Origin: Marsupella aquatica
Lineage: Eukaryota > Plantae > Marchantiophyta
Assembly (NCBI GenBank): GCA_973895155.1
Contig: OZ316898.1
Span: 21,244,262-21,308,261 of the forward strand
Length of the DNA stretch: 64,000 nt
Direction: 5' to 3'
A model generated the notes under the pieces. That model did not search any database. It was not told the DNA's origin and saw nothing but the letters and a program-made list of their open reading frames with translations. Every line of letters begins with the position of its first letter. Within the stretch, counting starts at the first letter, position 1. The translations under genes were made by a program, and so were the position numbers. Positions 11,404 to 23,548 of this stretch are shown piece after piece.

Positions 11404-14400
11404 GAATAGCTAAATCAGGCTATGGGGACAGGAACCTACCTTAGTTAGAGGAGCATTGCCATGTTGTCCAGCCTGCGTAGGTTAGGATCTTCTAATAAGA
11501 CACAGCTGTTTTTCAGCTTGACAGTCAGATTAGTTAGGACGTAAGTCAGCAAATCTTCAGGCCGGAGGACACTCCGTTCCTTGGCCCTTAGTATTTAGTG
11601 CACCCCTCGGTAGAGGCAGGGGGGTTTTAGTCTCAGAGTCGGACATCCATGGTATGTGCGGGGAGTCTTGGCCTCTGGGAGTGAAAGGGTACCAAGGGGA
11701 GGGGGTAGGACTAAGCTCGTCGGGCAAGTGCGGAGCCGGGCTCCATTGTAGTGTACACCCTCGGCCTTGAACCTGTTCATTCCGGAGTTGTTGGGTCAAC
11801 CAAGTGTACGCATATGTCCCCTGTGTAGTAAAATCCTTTCCCATTATTTCCTTCGTGTAAATTGAGATTGTATGCTTGTGCGCGTGTATGTGTGTGTGAA
11901 TCTCGTGTATAGGTGACAACGCCGGGCTGAACGCACTACCTGAGTCATGCACAGGATGCAACTTGCGGGTATGTGGTTGCAAGCACGGGTTGAGGACCTG
12001 TATCATTGAATCCGGATCAAGGGCGGACAGCACGAAGGCTTAGAAGTCCTTAAGCCGGGGTCGGTCCTGCTATCGACTAAGGTACGTTCCGGCGGCGGAA
12101 CACAAACCATACCTAGGAGGTGTCCGTATCTCACAGTAGGCGCACTTAGCGCTAGTTTACGTGAATTAGGTGCATTACGTTCTTCCCTCCCTGCCCAAAC
12201 CCTCATATTTACGAAGGTTGTGCCCATTTAAAGCTAAAGCCCGAGTTAAGGCCAAGGCTGATGACGTGACATAGGGCTTCCCTTGTATTCCTCTCCTGGT
12301 CTTCCATTAGGTATGTTTGGATTTTGCCACCAAAATGATCCCCAATTGGCTTGGTTACGCCGCTAAGATCTCTCTCAGCTCGACACATCCAACTCTCACT
12401 CCCTTGCTATTTCCCTTCCGTTGATGTGGGCACTCTTCACACAAGTTAATGCGACACACAAATAGCAAAATGACTCCTTCTGTCTGCGTTATACCATGCA
12501 CTTGCCATACAAACAGTACATCTCATACACAAGCTCTGCGAACTAAGCCGTGAGGCCAACTCTATTCAGTTCTTAGGCATGAGGAAACATGAATATACAC
12601 AAGGGTCACTGTATAACTAACCGAGAGCTTCTCTTACTACTTGATCCCAGCCCTGCTGGTGCAACTAAAAACTTGCTAAAGAAGAGGCCTTGGACTCCTC
12701 GCTGCCCAGGTATTTATCCTGGCAGTGGATCTGTCCAGAACTTTGCTGCGTAAGCTTAATCTATCCTACCTGTAATCTACCTAACTATACAGCGAGGCAG
12801 GAGCACAAGTGTTGCTCCTACCAGTGGATCCGCCATCCCACTAATCTAAGTGTCAGGGCCGTCTCCTGGTCTTGATCCTAATCCTAAACTTGGAGATCTG
12901 AGCCCGCCCTGCCCACTCACGCCTCCGACCTCCACGTCCGCCCTTCCTAAAAGGAACGACGCCCTTGCACCGTCACGACACCGGTGGTGGATCCTCAATG
13001 GACGCCCCCAATGCTTCCACCGCAGCCACTGCCGTCGGTCCGTCCTCTGACAGATTACCTGCCCCGGAATGAGTCAACTCTTCATCGGCTTGACTGGGTC
13101 CACCCTCGGCTTCGGCCTCAGCATCGGTCACGGCCTTTGATACTGCTTTGGCGTCCCCGGCATGTTCTAGTGGAGGATCCGGTACCTCGGCTTCATCAAT
13201 AGCTGTCCCGGCCTCGGGCCTGCCATCTATACCTTCTTCAACAGGTGGATCTACTGCCGTGGCCATGCCAGTAGTTGGTGCCGGGTTGACCTCCTGGGTC
13301 ACAACCGCTTAGTAAGCCGTATAACTCCCAGACCCAGAAGGTTTCCGCTTCTTCTTCTTCCCTGTTTTGGTAGCTGGTCCCTTCCCTTTGCTACCTACCT
13401 CTAGCACCGGGGCTTGTGTCTCGGCTTGTCCTTTGGCCAGTACCCCTCCTGGTAACGGAGTTCCCACAATTGGATTTGGACCAGATGAAGCTAAGCACTT
13501 AAATACTGCGGCCTGTTTCTTCAGCCGCTCCGTTTGGTTGTCGGCCCGTTGCTGTAAGTTCTCCATCTTCCTGGTGGTTTCCTCCAACTCCTCTTAGGCT
13601 TCCTCCCGGTCCTTTCGTCCCTCCTACAGCTCCTTTCTGGCTTCCTCCAATTCCAATTTTAAGGTAGCCCTCTCCTCCTGGGTTGCTCTTAGCTCCCTGT
13701 CGAGCTTTGCTACGACCTCAGACTCCATCTTATTCATCTTGGCATAAGTCTGGTCGAGCTGGTTGTCCTTCTCACACAGGTCGGCCTTGAAGCTGGCCGT
13801 CAGGGATGCAAGCTCCTATTGTAGCGCAATAATCCCTTGATAGGATTTCCCTAACTCGGCCTCCTTGTGCTCAAGGGCTCCGCGGATATCCTTGAGCTCT
13901 CCTTTCAATGCCCTCTCCCTTCTCTGAGTCTCCGCCATGGCCCGGTTGTTGGCGGTTATGTGGGCCTCCTCTGCGTCCTTTAGCTCATGCTTCCACTTCT
14001 CCCTGTCCTTGACCGCGCCGGCCAACTCTCCTTGGGTCCGAGTCAGTTTATCTTTGATAATCTGATTGCCAGACTGAGCGGCATCCAATTGTCCTTGCAT
14101 GATGTTTAGCTCATGCCGCTTAATCCGCAACTCATCTTGGGCTTTCTTGGCCGCCTGCAGGTCTTCCACCTCGGCTTCCATCTCCCTAAGCCGCTCGATG
14201 ACCTTGTCCTTCTTGCTTCTCTCCAAAGCCACCGCTTCTTCTAATCGGTGCTTCTCCAACAACTCCCTCTGGAAAAAGGGTCCCTGCTCCAACTCCTCCC
14301 CAAAGATGCTCAGCGAAAGATCCCCACACATTTCCCCATACTGCATGGCTCTATCTTTAGCATAGGTGGAGTAAGTAGAAGTCATCGGCATCAACCACCA

Positions 14401-15349
14401 CGGCCTCTGTTCCCAAGCCGCCTTGCGGATTTCTTCTATGGTGGCAAGAGGGTTGCTTCTTTTTTTGGCAAGCCGCCTGATGTCCTCCGTCCAATCTCCT
14501 CCTGGTAAATCTTTCTCCCGTGCCAGGGCTGCTTTCTCTTCCTCCCTAAATCGCTCCTGAAACTCTTGTGCCGTCTGCTTTATGCCATCAAAGCTTGGGG
14601 GAGCAACCTCTGGTGGGGGAGACTCGGGGCTATTTTGCTGGGTGGGGTCCCCTCAAACTACTTATGGAAGCGTGGGGATAAACCGGCCACATGTCCTTAC
14701 TCCTGGAACATGATGATCCGACCCATAGCCGGAGTTATCATTGCTGTAGTCCTCCACCGCCTCCTCCACTGCTTGGACTCTTGGCTTCCCCCTCTGTTCC
14801 CCTGGTCCTGCCGTGAAAACTACCTCATAGATCACGGGCTCTGGTTCCTCCTCTGGTTTCCAAGCTGTCCTCTCCCTCTGCTTTCCGTGGGAAGGAGCCT
14901 TAGGCTGCTCTGCCTCCGATTCGGGGCTTGAGGCTCCCACATACATTCAAACTCCCGGCTTGTGTTCCGGCCTCCTTCTCTCCTTGGCTCCGATAAAGGG
15001 GTTTTCCCTCCTGATTTGGCTTAGGCCGGCCTCTGGGGCAGTGTCTTGTACCGGTGCTGTTGTCGTTGTCGGTGCCGTTCTCTCCTTCTCCAGCAATTTC
15101 AGCAGATTCTGCATGCCTGATTGCTGCATCGGCAACTCTTCTTTCCTTGGCCGAAACACCTGCTCGATTGTAGGATTGGCAGGCTGGTTGGGTTCTTCTA
15201 TTGCCGGCCTCTGCTCCGGAACCTCCTCCAGTGCCCTTGCCGATAGGGGAAGTACTGGGGCAAAGATTTGACTTCAGGCATACCGGCACAATAGTGGCAT
15301 GTGATAGCCAAGCTGGGACACGCTTCCCACGCCAATCACCTGCTGTTCC

Positions 15350-17312
15350 TGTCAAACACTTGTCAAGGAGCTTAAGCGGCTTTTCTCCCCAAAAGACTAC
15401 CTAATACCTGCTCCATATCATACCAGGGTCACAAAGGATTGACAAAACTTCTGAAATGTGCCTACAATGACTAATCACTCCATACATAAGTAGTTTCAAC
15501 TCTCCACTTCTAGAGAGGTAGTCCCTTGACTACTTTTGTACTCACATCCTTCCCCTCTCCTCTACTCCAAGGATCAGCAAGGGGGATCTCCGCTCCAAGC
15601 TGTCACCTTAGAGAAGAGTCTCACACAAACACCCAAGAACCAAAGTACTTTCCTCTTCAAGCTTAAGTCTCCTCAAGACCCTCAAAGTTGTGTTACCCCT
15701 CAACCTTGCCCCCTGGCCTTGGTTTGGGTCCACACATCCCCTTTGAGCTCTAGAGAAGGCTCCTCTATCTAAGGACTCTTCCTCTTGTTCTTACTTCTTG
15801 TTAACACCATACACCAAGCAAAATACTTTCCACCCTCAAGCTATAATCCTCTCTAAGTCTTAAAGTAGTGCTCTACCTTAACCTTGCCTCTTGGCCTTGG
15901 TTTTGTACTAGCACATCCCCTTCAAGCTTAGACCAAGATTACATCATAGCATGGACTCTTCTCTTGCTCTCATATGCTTCAAATACACTCACACTTAATG
16001 GTCACAATGAAGATTGGCAAGTCTCCTTTTATTGCATCACCTTTACAACAAAAGTCACTACACATTCTCCACACTAAGCATGGACCACCTCTCCCTTCTC
16101 AAGCTTAGCCCTACCTTGGCAAGGTAGAGATTCCACTTAAGAGATGAGACTCCCGGTCCCTAACAAATGAAAACTTCCTCCTTATATACTATTCTCCTTC
16201 CACACCACACCAAGGTAGCCCACCAAGGACCAAGGACCAAGGACCAAAGTAGAGGACCAAGGACCAAGGTAGAGGACCAAAGTAGCCCACCAAGGACCAA
16301 GGACCAAGGTAGCCCACCAAGGACCAAGGACCAAAGTAGCTCACCAAGGACCAAGGACCAAAGTAGCCAACCAAGGACCAAGGACCAAAGTCCTCCTAAC
16401 TACCTAAGTCACACTACAACAAAAGTCCAACTAACTATCACTCCCACTCAAGCTCCTTCACCTTGTGATTGCCTGGTCTATTCAACCATCTCCTAGCCGC
16501 CCTTGTGCTTGACTTATTCCTGCCTTGTGGTAGCCTCGTCGAAGCGTTTTTACACTTAGTCGGATTTCGTTATTTGGGAAAAACTATAATTCCCCGGCCC
16601 ATATTGTACCCACCACCAAAAATCACCCATAAGGCCAAAAGGACTTTTGAGTAGATCCATAGATTCTCTTGACATAGGGCTATGTCCTGGTTTACTAAGA
16701 TCTAAACAAAACCCTATAACCAATTTTCTAAAATTAGATAAAGAGGGTTAATTCTTATGTTTTCCAAAATTCTTCTCAACTTTGAGATGCTCCCAAAAAG
16801 TAACCAAAGGTAACCAAGTTCTCCCACAAGTTTCCAGGGATAGAGTGGACCATATTTAACCTATTTTTCAACTTGGAATCCCTACCTTTTCCCATCAGCT
16901 ATTTTTCCCGAGACCCGCTATTTGGTAACTTTAAGTTTTGCCAAAATACTTACAACTCCTAGGTTAAGACCCCACTTGACTTTGTGACTTTTATGTGTGG
17001 TCTAGGGACTACCTAGCACCTATAGGGTGAGTCTTAGCAAAACTTATCACTCAAAAGTATCGGTCATGCCTTCGGCCCGACTTGCCGACTACCGTAACTT
17101 TTTTCCGCCCTTACCAAATAACTTACTCAACTCTTGATACTTCTTAGATAAACATGTCCTCTCCCTCAATTTATTTCCCTACTCTACTTTCCTAGTTATT
17201 AAGTTACCTTAAACCTAACAACTCCGCTAATCACTAAACTATGTAATTACTACTCCTTGAAAGCAAAAAACTGACGCATTTCCTACTCAAGCCTCCCTTG
17301 AGCCATTCCACA
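15350..17312. mobile_element. Solo LTR of an unrelated family (1963 bp), probably minus orientation
   Basis: Starts TGTCAAAC and ends TTCCACA, flanked by the 5-bp TSD GTTCC (15345-15349 and 17313-17317). Removing it restores the host ORF. No coding domains inside. Confidence 0.88.
16209..16391. repeat. Tandem array built from CCAAGGA heptamers in ~27-nt higher-order units
   Basis: Repeated ccaaggaccaaggaccaaagtag(c/a) inside the solo LTR, adjacent to a minus-strand TATATAA at ~16182-16188. Confidence 0.85.
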
Positions 17313-18753
17313 GTTCCTCCTTCAAGATCTTCTTCAGTTGGTTGAGGAGGTACCCATTGTAATCTCGGCTTGGGTCTGGCCTTTTTGCCAGGTAGACCTG
17401 AGCCTTGCCGATCTCTGCCCTCGGCAAGTTACAATGCATGGTCACCCGCAATAAATCGATCATCTATCCGATGTGCGGGTTGGTGCAGGTATTCCGGAAG
17501 AAGCCATTCTTCGTTGATGATCCTGGGAACGACCGGAACTCCTTGTCAAGTAAGGTCTTTCTGGTATCAACCTTGGTCTTATTACCCATCGGCAAGCCAA
17601 ACACCTCGGCAATCACCCGGGGAGTGAGATATCCTTCCCATACACCCTCGTGGAGTTGGTCTCGGGTTCCCATGATCCCACGAATTCTATTAAGTCTGAG
17701 TCCGACACCTCCGGCTTCAGCCATTGTAATCTTACAAAGGCTTCCAAGCTGGATCTGGCCATGAAACCCTGGTACTTCTTGGTCTGCATGGCCGTAAAGC
17801 ATGCATCCTCCTCCCGTGCAAAATGTAATTGCACTTCCTCTGGTAGGGTCGCCGCCCAGCCTTTCCAGGTGTCATCCTTTGTTGGAATGGCATTAATGGG
17901 ATCGACCTCCTCCTCTTTGGCTTCTCCCCGCCTCTTCTGCTGCTCTGCTGGCTTCCTTGGTGCCGCCGACCTTGTTCTTTTTGCCGGGGTGGCCTCTTTG
18001 GTGTTGTTTCCTTTCCTCTTCATCTCGACTGTCGTGGATGTTTCTCCTAGCACAGTTGCTTTCGTCCACCCCTCCGTGCTACCCTTCAACTCCCAGTGCG
18101 CGTCATTGCAGCGGTTGATGGCTTCCCGAATGCCAACAATTCTGTCTTCGCAAAACAGAATGTCATCGAGCTGATTGGTAGTAGGAGTCCACAAGAACTC
18201 GGCCTTGATGAGTTCTCCTCCTAAGAAGGCAGACTTCTGCAGCTCCCACAGTCGAGCAAGCTCCTGCCATTCTCGAGCTGCTCTTCCGATTCTTCATCCT
18301 CGTAAGTCCTAACGTACTCAGTTGCCCGTTCAAACAGGCATCCCCAAAAATGTGTTGCTTGATTGACGTTGCTCATACCCTCTTTGAGTTGATCATTGGT
18401 ATTTGCTCCCGCCCAGAGTGCTTGCCTAAGCAGCTGACAGTAGTTCGCCTTCTGTAGTCGTCTGCCCCGTTCGTGCTTGCAAATGAACCACCATTCCTCG
18501 CGAGCGGTCCTTACCCCTCTCCTCCTCTGGTCTTTCCTCCCATTGATTACCCCTAGCCGCCGATGCTTAGCGCGCCCTAACCCTAATCGTGTTCTCTTCC
18601 CCGACGTCCTTACCTCCGGCCTCGGCCCGGGTTCCATAGTCACCCTTAATTGTTTATATTTTCCTTGTTTTTGTTACTATACTAATATGTTTATAGGGTA
18701 CACCTCCGTTTTCCCCACTTAACTGGCCTAGTAATTCCTGGCTAGGCATCACA

Positions 18754-19095
18754 TATGGCATGTGTGACAATAAACAGGAAACAAGTTTACTGGTACCAAC
18801 AAATTTTTTTCTGTTACCAGCAAAAAGTTACTGTTACCAGGAAAAATAACCATGTCAAAATATTTTCTAAATAGCCAGATTTTCCAAAAAAAATTCAATT
18901 ACAACATTTTTTGGCTAGCTTTGGGCGCTAGCATTACCAGCGCCAGGCGCTAGAAAAAAATTGAAAAAATTGAAAAAAAAACTTTCTTTTTCAAAAAAAA
19001 ACATATCTCAAAACAAAATCTCAAAAAAATCTCAAAAAAAATTACCACCATTTTCCTGTTACCAGTTTTTGTTTGCTATTATTGTTTGCTGTTTC
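18754..19095. repeat. AT-rich segment with recurring motifs; possible MITE/DNA-transposon remnant
   Basis: ctgttaccag x3, ggcgctag x2, and poly-A/T tracts. It truncates the adjacent Ty3 integrase. No clean TIR/TSD found. Confidence 0.3.
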
Positions 19096-22000
19096 CTATC
19101 GTTTGTAAATACCCCGTGCCAGGCTTGGATCTACTATACCATCAATGTTGGGAAGGTGACATGGTGCACAATTGTGCACATGATCCTTCCAAACCATACC
19201 ATCACGTCCCTCCAACATCAGGACACCAGAAGGCAACACTTCACGCACACGTAAGATTGTCCGGCCTGTAGTCACATCAAGTGTTGTGGGTGCTGTCTGC
19301 TGCAAATAAACATAGTCACCAGGATGAAATCGTCCAATGCTTGCATGGTAACCTCCTCCACAAATAGTGGCATACCCCAAAGTATTACAATGTTGGGCAA
19401 TGGCAAGGTTGTCAAAAGCCATAGGCATCACTCTCTGAAATACCCGTGCTCTCTCTGAACACACCTTGACCCAAACATCAGGATCATCCAAGTTCACAAG
19501 TGGTGCAGCATCACGACGAATAGCTGCTGGAAAATCTGGCTCTCTACCATAGAGCAAAAAGTAAGGTGAGAAGGATGCAAGTGATGCTTGCCAACTAAAA
19601 TGGTAGCCCATAGCTAACCAAGGTAGCTAGAGATCCCAATCTCCCAAATGACCAACCTGCAAACTATACTTACGCAATCTTCTCTTCATAGTTTGCACAA
19701 CTCTCTCAGCTAATCCATCTGCCTCAGGATGATCACGAGAGGTAGTACGATGATCAATCAGAGCTTGCTCACACAAATTCTCAAACTCTCCACGGAACTC
19801 AGTTCCTTGATCAATCAACACCTTAGTTGGTACTCCAAAATGATTGAGTACACAATCCAAAAATGTAGCAGCAACTCCTCCACTGGCTTTATTTGGCAAC
19901 GCCACTAGCTCAATCCACTTGGAGAAGTACTCCACCATGACCAAAACATACCAATTATGACGTTGGGTAAGAGGTAATGGACCAACAAAATCCAAACTCC
20001 AACGTTATCCCAAACCCATGATCGGCAACGGGTGCAACTGTGGAGTGGGAGCATTAAATGATGCTCTCACTCTATCACATACCACACACTTAGCTATCAA
20101 CTGCTGGACATGAGTGTGCATACCACGCCACCAATACTGTGTTTGCAGCAAGTTGCGCTTCACAACAAAGTGACCCAACTCCTTGTGCGCATGTCACACC
20201 AAATGTACTCGTTGTGATGGTTTTGGTACCACCAACACCCTACCATCATGCAGTACTCTCAAAAGATGGTTTCCCTCCCATCAAAACCTCTTGGCTCTCT
20301 GTAGAACCCTGTCATGTTCCTTGGTATCAACACTGCCAACAATAGAACCATTGCGTAGATATTCCAACACTCTCACATCATTGTGAATATCTTGTTGTCC
20401 AGAAGTTACCTCACCAACATCCACATCTGAAGACTCATCATCCACTCCATCCAATGAGGTAGAGTCCACAGATCCACTGTATGCTGGCACCCAACAAAGA
20501 AAGGCAGATGCATGCCATCCTGGCACCATCTCCTTATCTGACTCATCATGCCATCTGGCTCCAGTCTCATTCTGTTGACTGGTACATGGGTTGCGGCTCA
20601 ACCCATCTATATCCAAGTTCACCTTTCCAGGTCTATGTACAATCTGGAAATCATACTCTTGCAACAACAATGCCCATCGTGCAAGCTTCCCAATAAGCTT
20701 GTCAAACTCCATTAACCACTTGAGAGGCTAATGATCAGTGATCAAAGTGAAAGGATTACCAAACAAGCAACAGCGGAAGTGTGCCACAGCCCGCACTGCT
20801 GCCAAACACTCTTCCTCATAAGAGCTATACTTAGCCTCTATTGAATTGTTTGATCTACTGGCATATGCCACAACAAACTCATGCCCTTCATTATCTTTCT
20901 GAGTCAGCACTGCTCCAAGTCCTACTCCACTCCAATCAGTATGTAGCTAAAACAGTCTGCCTGAAATGGGTCTTCTCAAAATAGGGGATGATGCCAACCT
21001 TTGCTTCAACTCCTAAAAGGCATGCTCCTGGTCATCACCCCAAGTCCATTCTTGATCCAACTTAGTAGTATGGTTAAAGGTCTGGCAAGCTGGCTAAATC
21101 CTTTAACATACCTTCTGTAGTAGCTCGCCAATCCAAGGATGCACGAACTCTACTCACATCAGTAGGACGAGGAATCTGTGTAATGGCCTCCACTTTAGTC
21201 TGTTGTACACCCAATCCCGTTCGGTATATAGTGTGGCCCAAATACTCAATCTGGTCTTGGAAGAACTTACACTTGCTAGGATGGAGCTTCAACCCATGTG
21301 CTCTCAATCTCTCCAACACAATCTGCAAGTGCTGCTGATGTTCTTCCACAGTAGAAGAATAGACCAAAATATCATCAATATAACATTTGACAAAATCCAA
21401 ACTTGCAAGGATTCGATCCATGACTCTCTAGAACTCAGCTGGTGCATTCTTCAACCCAAATGGTAAGAACAACCACTGATACAAACGATCTTTGCCATAA
21501 GAATCAATCCCCCAGATGTTGTCTTGGACCTGTCAGCATGCCTAATTGGAAGCTGATGGTACCCTGCCCTCAGATCAATGAACTAAAAACCTTTGCATGC
21601 CCCACAGCATCAAAGATCTCCTCATGTGTGGGCATGGCATATCGATCAGATTTTGTCTAGCGATTAATAGGTCTATAATCACCACACATGCGCCTGTCTG
21701 TGTAATTGCCATGCACATCTTTCTTGGCTGGCATCACTGTGGCAGATGCATACTCCCCATATGAAATCTCCACCAATCCAGCCTTTAACAAATCTTGAGT
21801 TCTGCTTTAAATCAGAGCTCTCTCCATGTCACTATAACGGTATGGTCTACGAAAGATTAGCGCATCACTAGCCAATTCAATCTGAATACCAGGGCCCTTC
21901 AATGTCCCCAAATCCTTCATGCTGAATGCAAAACAATTCTAGTAACTCTTAAGGAATCGATGCATGTGACGTCTCTCCTCCCCTATCAACTTAGGACCAA

Positions 22001-22360
22001 TCTGTGGCTCCCAACTCTCCACCAAATCCCTAATATCTTTTTGTAGGGTAGAAGAGATAGCCGATGATTGCTATTTAGCAGTAGATTGAGCAGTCCCTTC
22101 CTGCTCAACAATCTGTCCAGCCTTGGCCAATCCTACCATAGGTCCATGGACTGTCTGCTCGCCCCCAGCTGTGGTCGTCACTATCTCAGTGGACCGCAAG
22201 CTCACTAATGGACGATCAGTAACACCAGTAGAGCGCATCCGCAACTATTCAGCTATTCCCAAGCTGACAATCCAAGTCAAGCAATTCAAATCCATTTCTT
22301 GACCAAGGACCTGGCGGCGTGAACTCTCTGATACCGAGGCAACTGCAGTGGTGCCTGTCA
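19096..22360 (-). pseudogene. Degraded Ty3/Gypsy pol (RT-RNaseH-integrase) of a third family
   Basis: YIDDILVYS (RT); VVAYASRSNN..YSSYEEECLA..TDH (RH); DFVGPLP, DQGTEF, HPEADGLAER (IN). Many stops. No LTRs identified. Confidence 0.9.
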
Positions 22361-23548
22361 AAAATCCCATAGCAGGGGAGTTAATAGAATTGACGGAGCT
22401 GTGAGAACTGATGGAGCTGTGAGAACTAGGGTTTGGGGTTTTTGGGTGTTCCGGAGGGTGAGGCATTCAATCTTTGTGGATTGTGTGATGTTTGTGATGA
22501 TTATCGAGATAATGGCAAGGATTACTACGGAATAAGACAACTTTGAATGGATTTGACCATCAGAATGATGGTCCACGGACAAGCTATCTAAACTTTGCTT
22601 ACTCTGATGCACGACAAAAGCTGAAGCTGTAGGTTCAAAATTTTTCTCCAAAGATTCTAACATCTAAATGACGGGAATGTATTTGGGAGCAGACAAGGGG
22701 TCCAACCGTGCTCGTGTTGTGGACTGAATATCTGGGTAGGGTGAAATTGCGTCACTGTCGGAAGGAGTCGCGGGGCTAATCTCTCTGGCCTTTATGCTGA
22801 AAGCACTTTCATCTTTACTGGCATTCCAACAACGTTACGACATCTTTGATTTGGTAGTGCGGACACTGCCCACTGGTGTACTGCATTGCATGCGATCACT
22901 AGTACTGGTTTATGTTGCATATTCCTTGAGGCGTTGCTCTTGCGGCTTCTCATTTTTTACTCCAATTCCTGGGGTGACTCCACCATCCCTTCGGCTCACT
23001 CGGTGATTCTTGCAAAATTGGCTTGCTGGTGACTCCCTAGACCGCCTTTGGGGATCTGGGTGCTGGTCTCTGTGCTGGTGGACATTCTCCTCTCTGGTGA
23101 CCAGGATTTTAGGTGAGATATTGTCCACATCTTGTGCTAATAATTTAGGCCTCCCTTTCACAAGTTCATGCATAAGTGACTGGGAATCGCCTGCTTCATC
23201 TTCGAGGTGCGTGCTCATTGTATCCCGGGTGCTGGACTGGTGGCCCCTGCCATTTACCTTTCTTTTATTTTGTCTTGATCAACTTGATATCTATGTCGAT
23301 ATATTGGAGGAACACTTCGAGACACGGAGGACGCGGGGCTCTCATGGCGGGACCTGCCTTTCTACACGACGGGGCTGCACAGAGGGATGCGGCACGGAGG
23401 GATGTGGAAGGAGGTGCTGGCCATTGGCATCATGTGGATTCTGATGGCCCTCGCGAGCGCGAGTCTTCTGCCCCTAGCAGGGGTCGTTATGTCAGCAATT
23501 TTTTGGGACAAGACGCCCGATCCGATTTGATAAGAAACCAATGTCCAC

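Larger units (their letters stand above)
4018..12271 (+). mobile_element. Family-B Ty3/Gypsy retrotransposon (3' part: end of gag, pro, RT, RNaseH, IN, PPT, 3' LTR)
   Basis: Pol domain order PR-RT-RH-IN. The PPT is followed by TGTGACGC at 8263. The LTR ends …gacgtgaCA at 12271, where family-A LTR sequence resumes. Confidence 0.85.
8263..12271 (+). repeat. Family-B 3' LTR (~4.0 kb)
   Basis: TG start right after the PPT and CA end at the junction with the interrupted family-A LTR. The partner LTR is not in the window, so the right end is inferred from the junction. Confidence 0.75.
12973..18637 (-). pseudogene. Degraded copy of the LTR-encoded ORF
   Basis: Fragments 18221..18643, 17613..18194, 14947..15159, 14662..14946, 13816..14394, 13309..13587 and 12973..13302 are collinear with the 1207-aa protein, with the same C-terminus IEDPPPVS*. 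Confidence 0.85.
12272..18753 (-). mobile_element. Older, diverged family-A LTR copy, interrupted by a solo LTR (15350-17312) and by family B at 12271/12272
   Basis: Reverse complement of the family-A LTR. It ends …ctaggcatcaca at 18753 and has many more substitutions and indels than the other copies. Confidence 0.88.

Noticed and set aside
16209-16391. Regular repeat array resembling a CRISPR or a repetitive protein (PRTKDQ…)
   Set aside because: There are no unique spacers or cas genes, and it lies inside a TSD-bounded solo LTR. The ORFs are by-products of the repeat.
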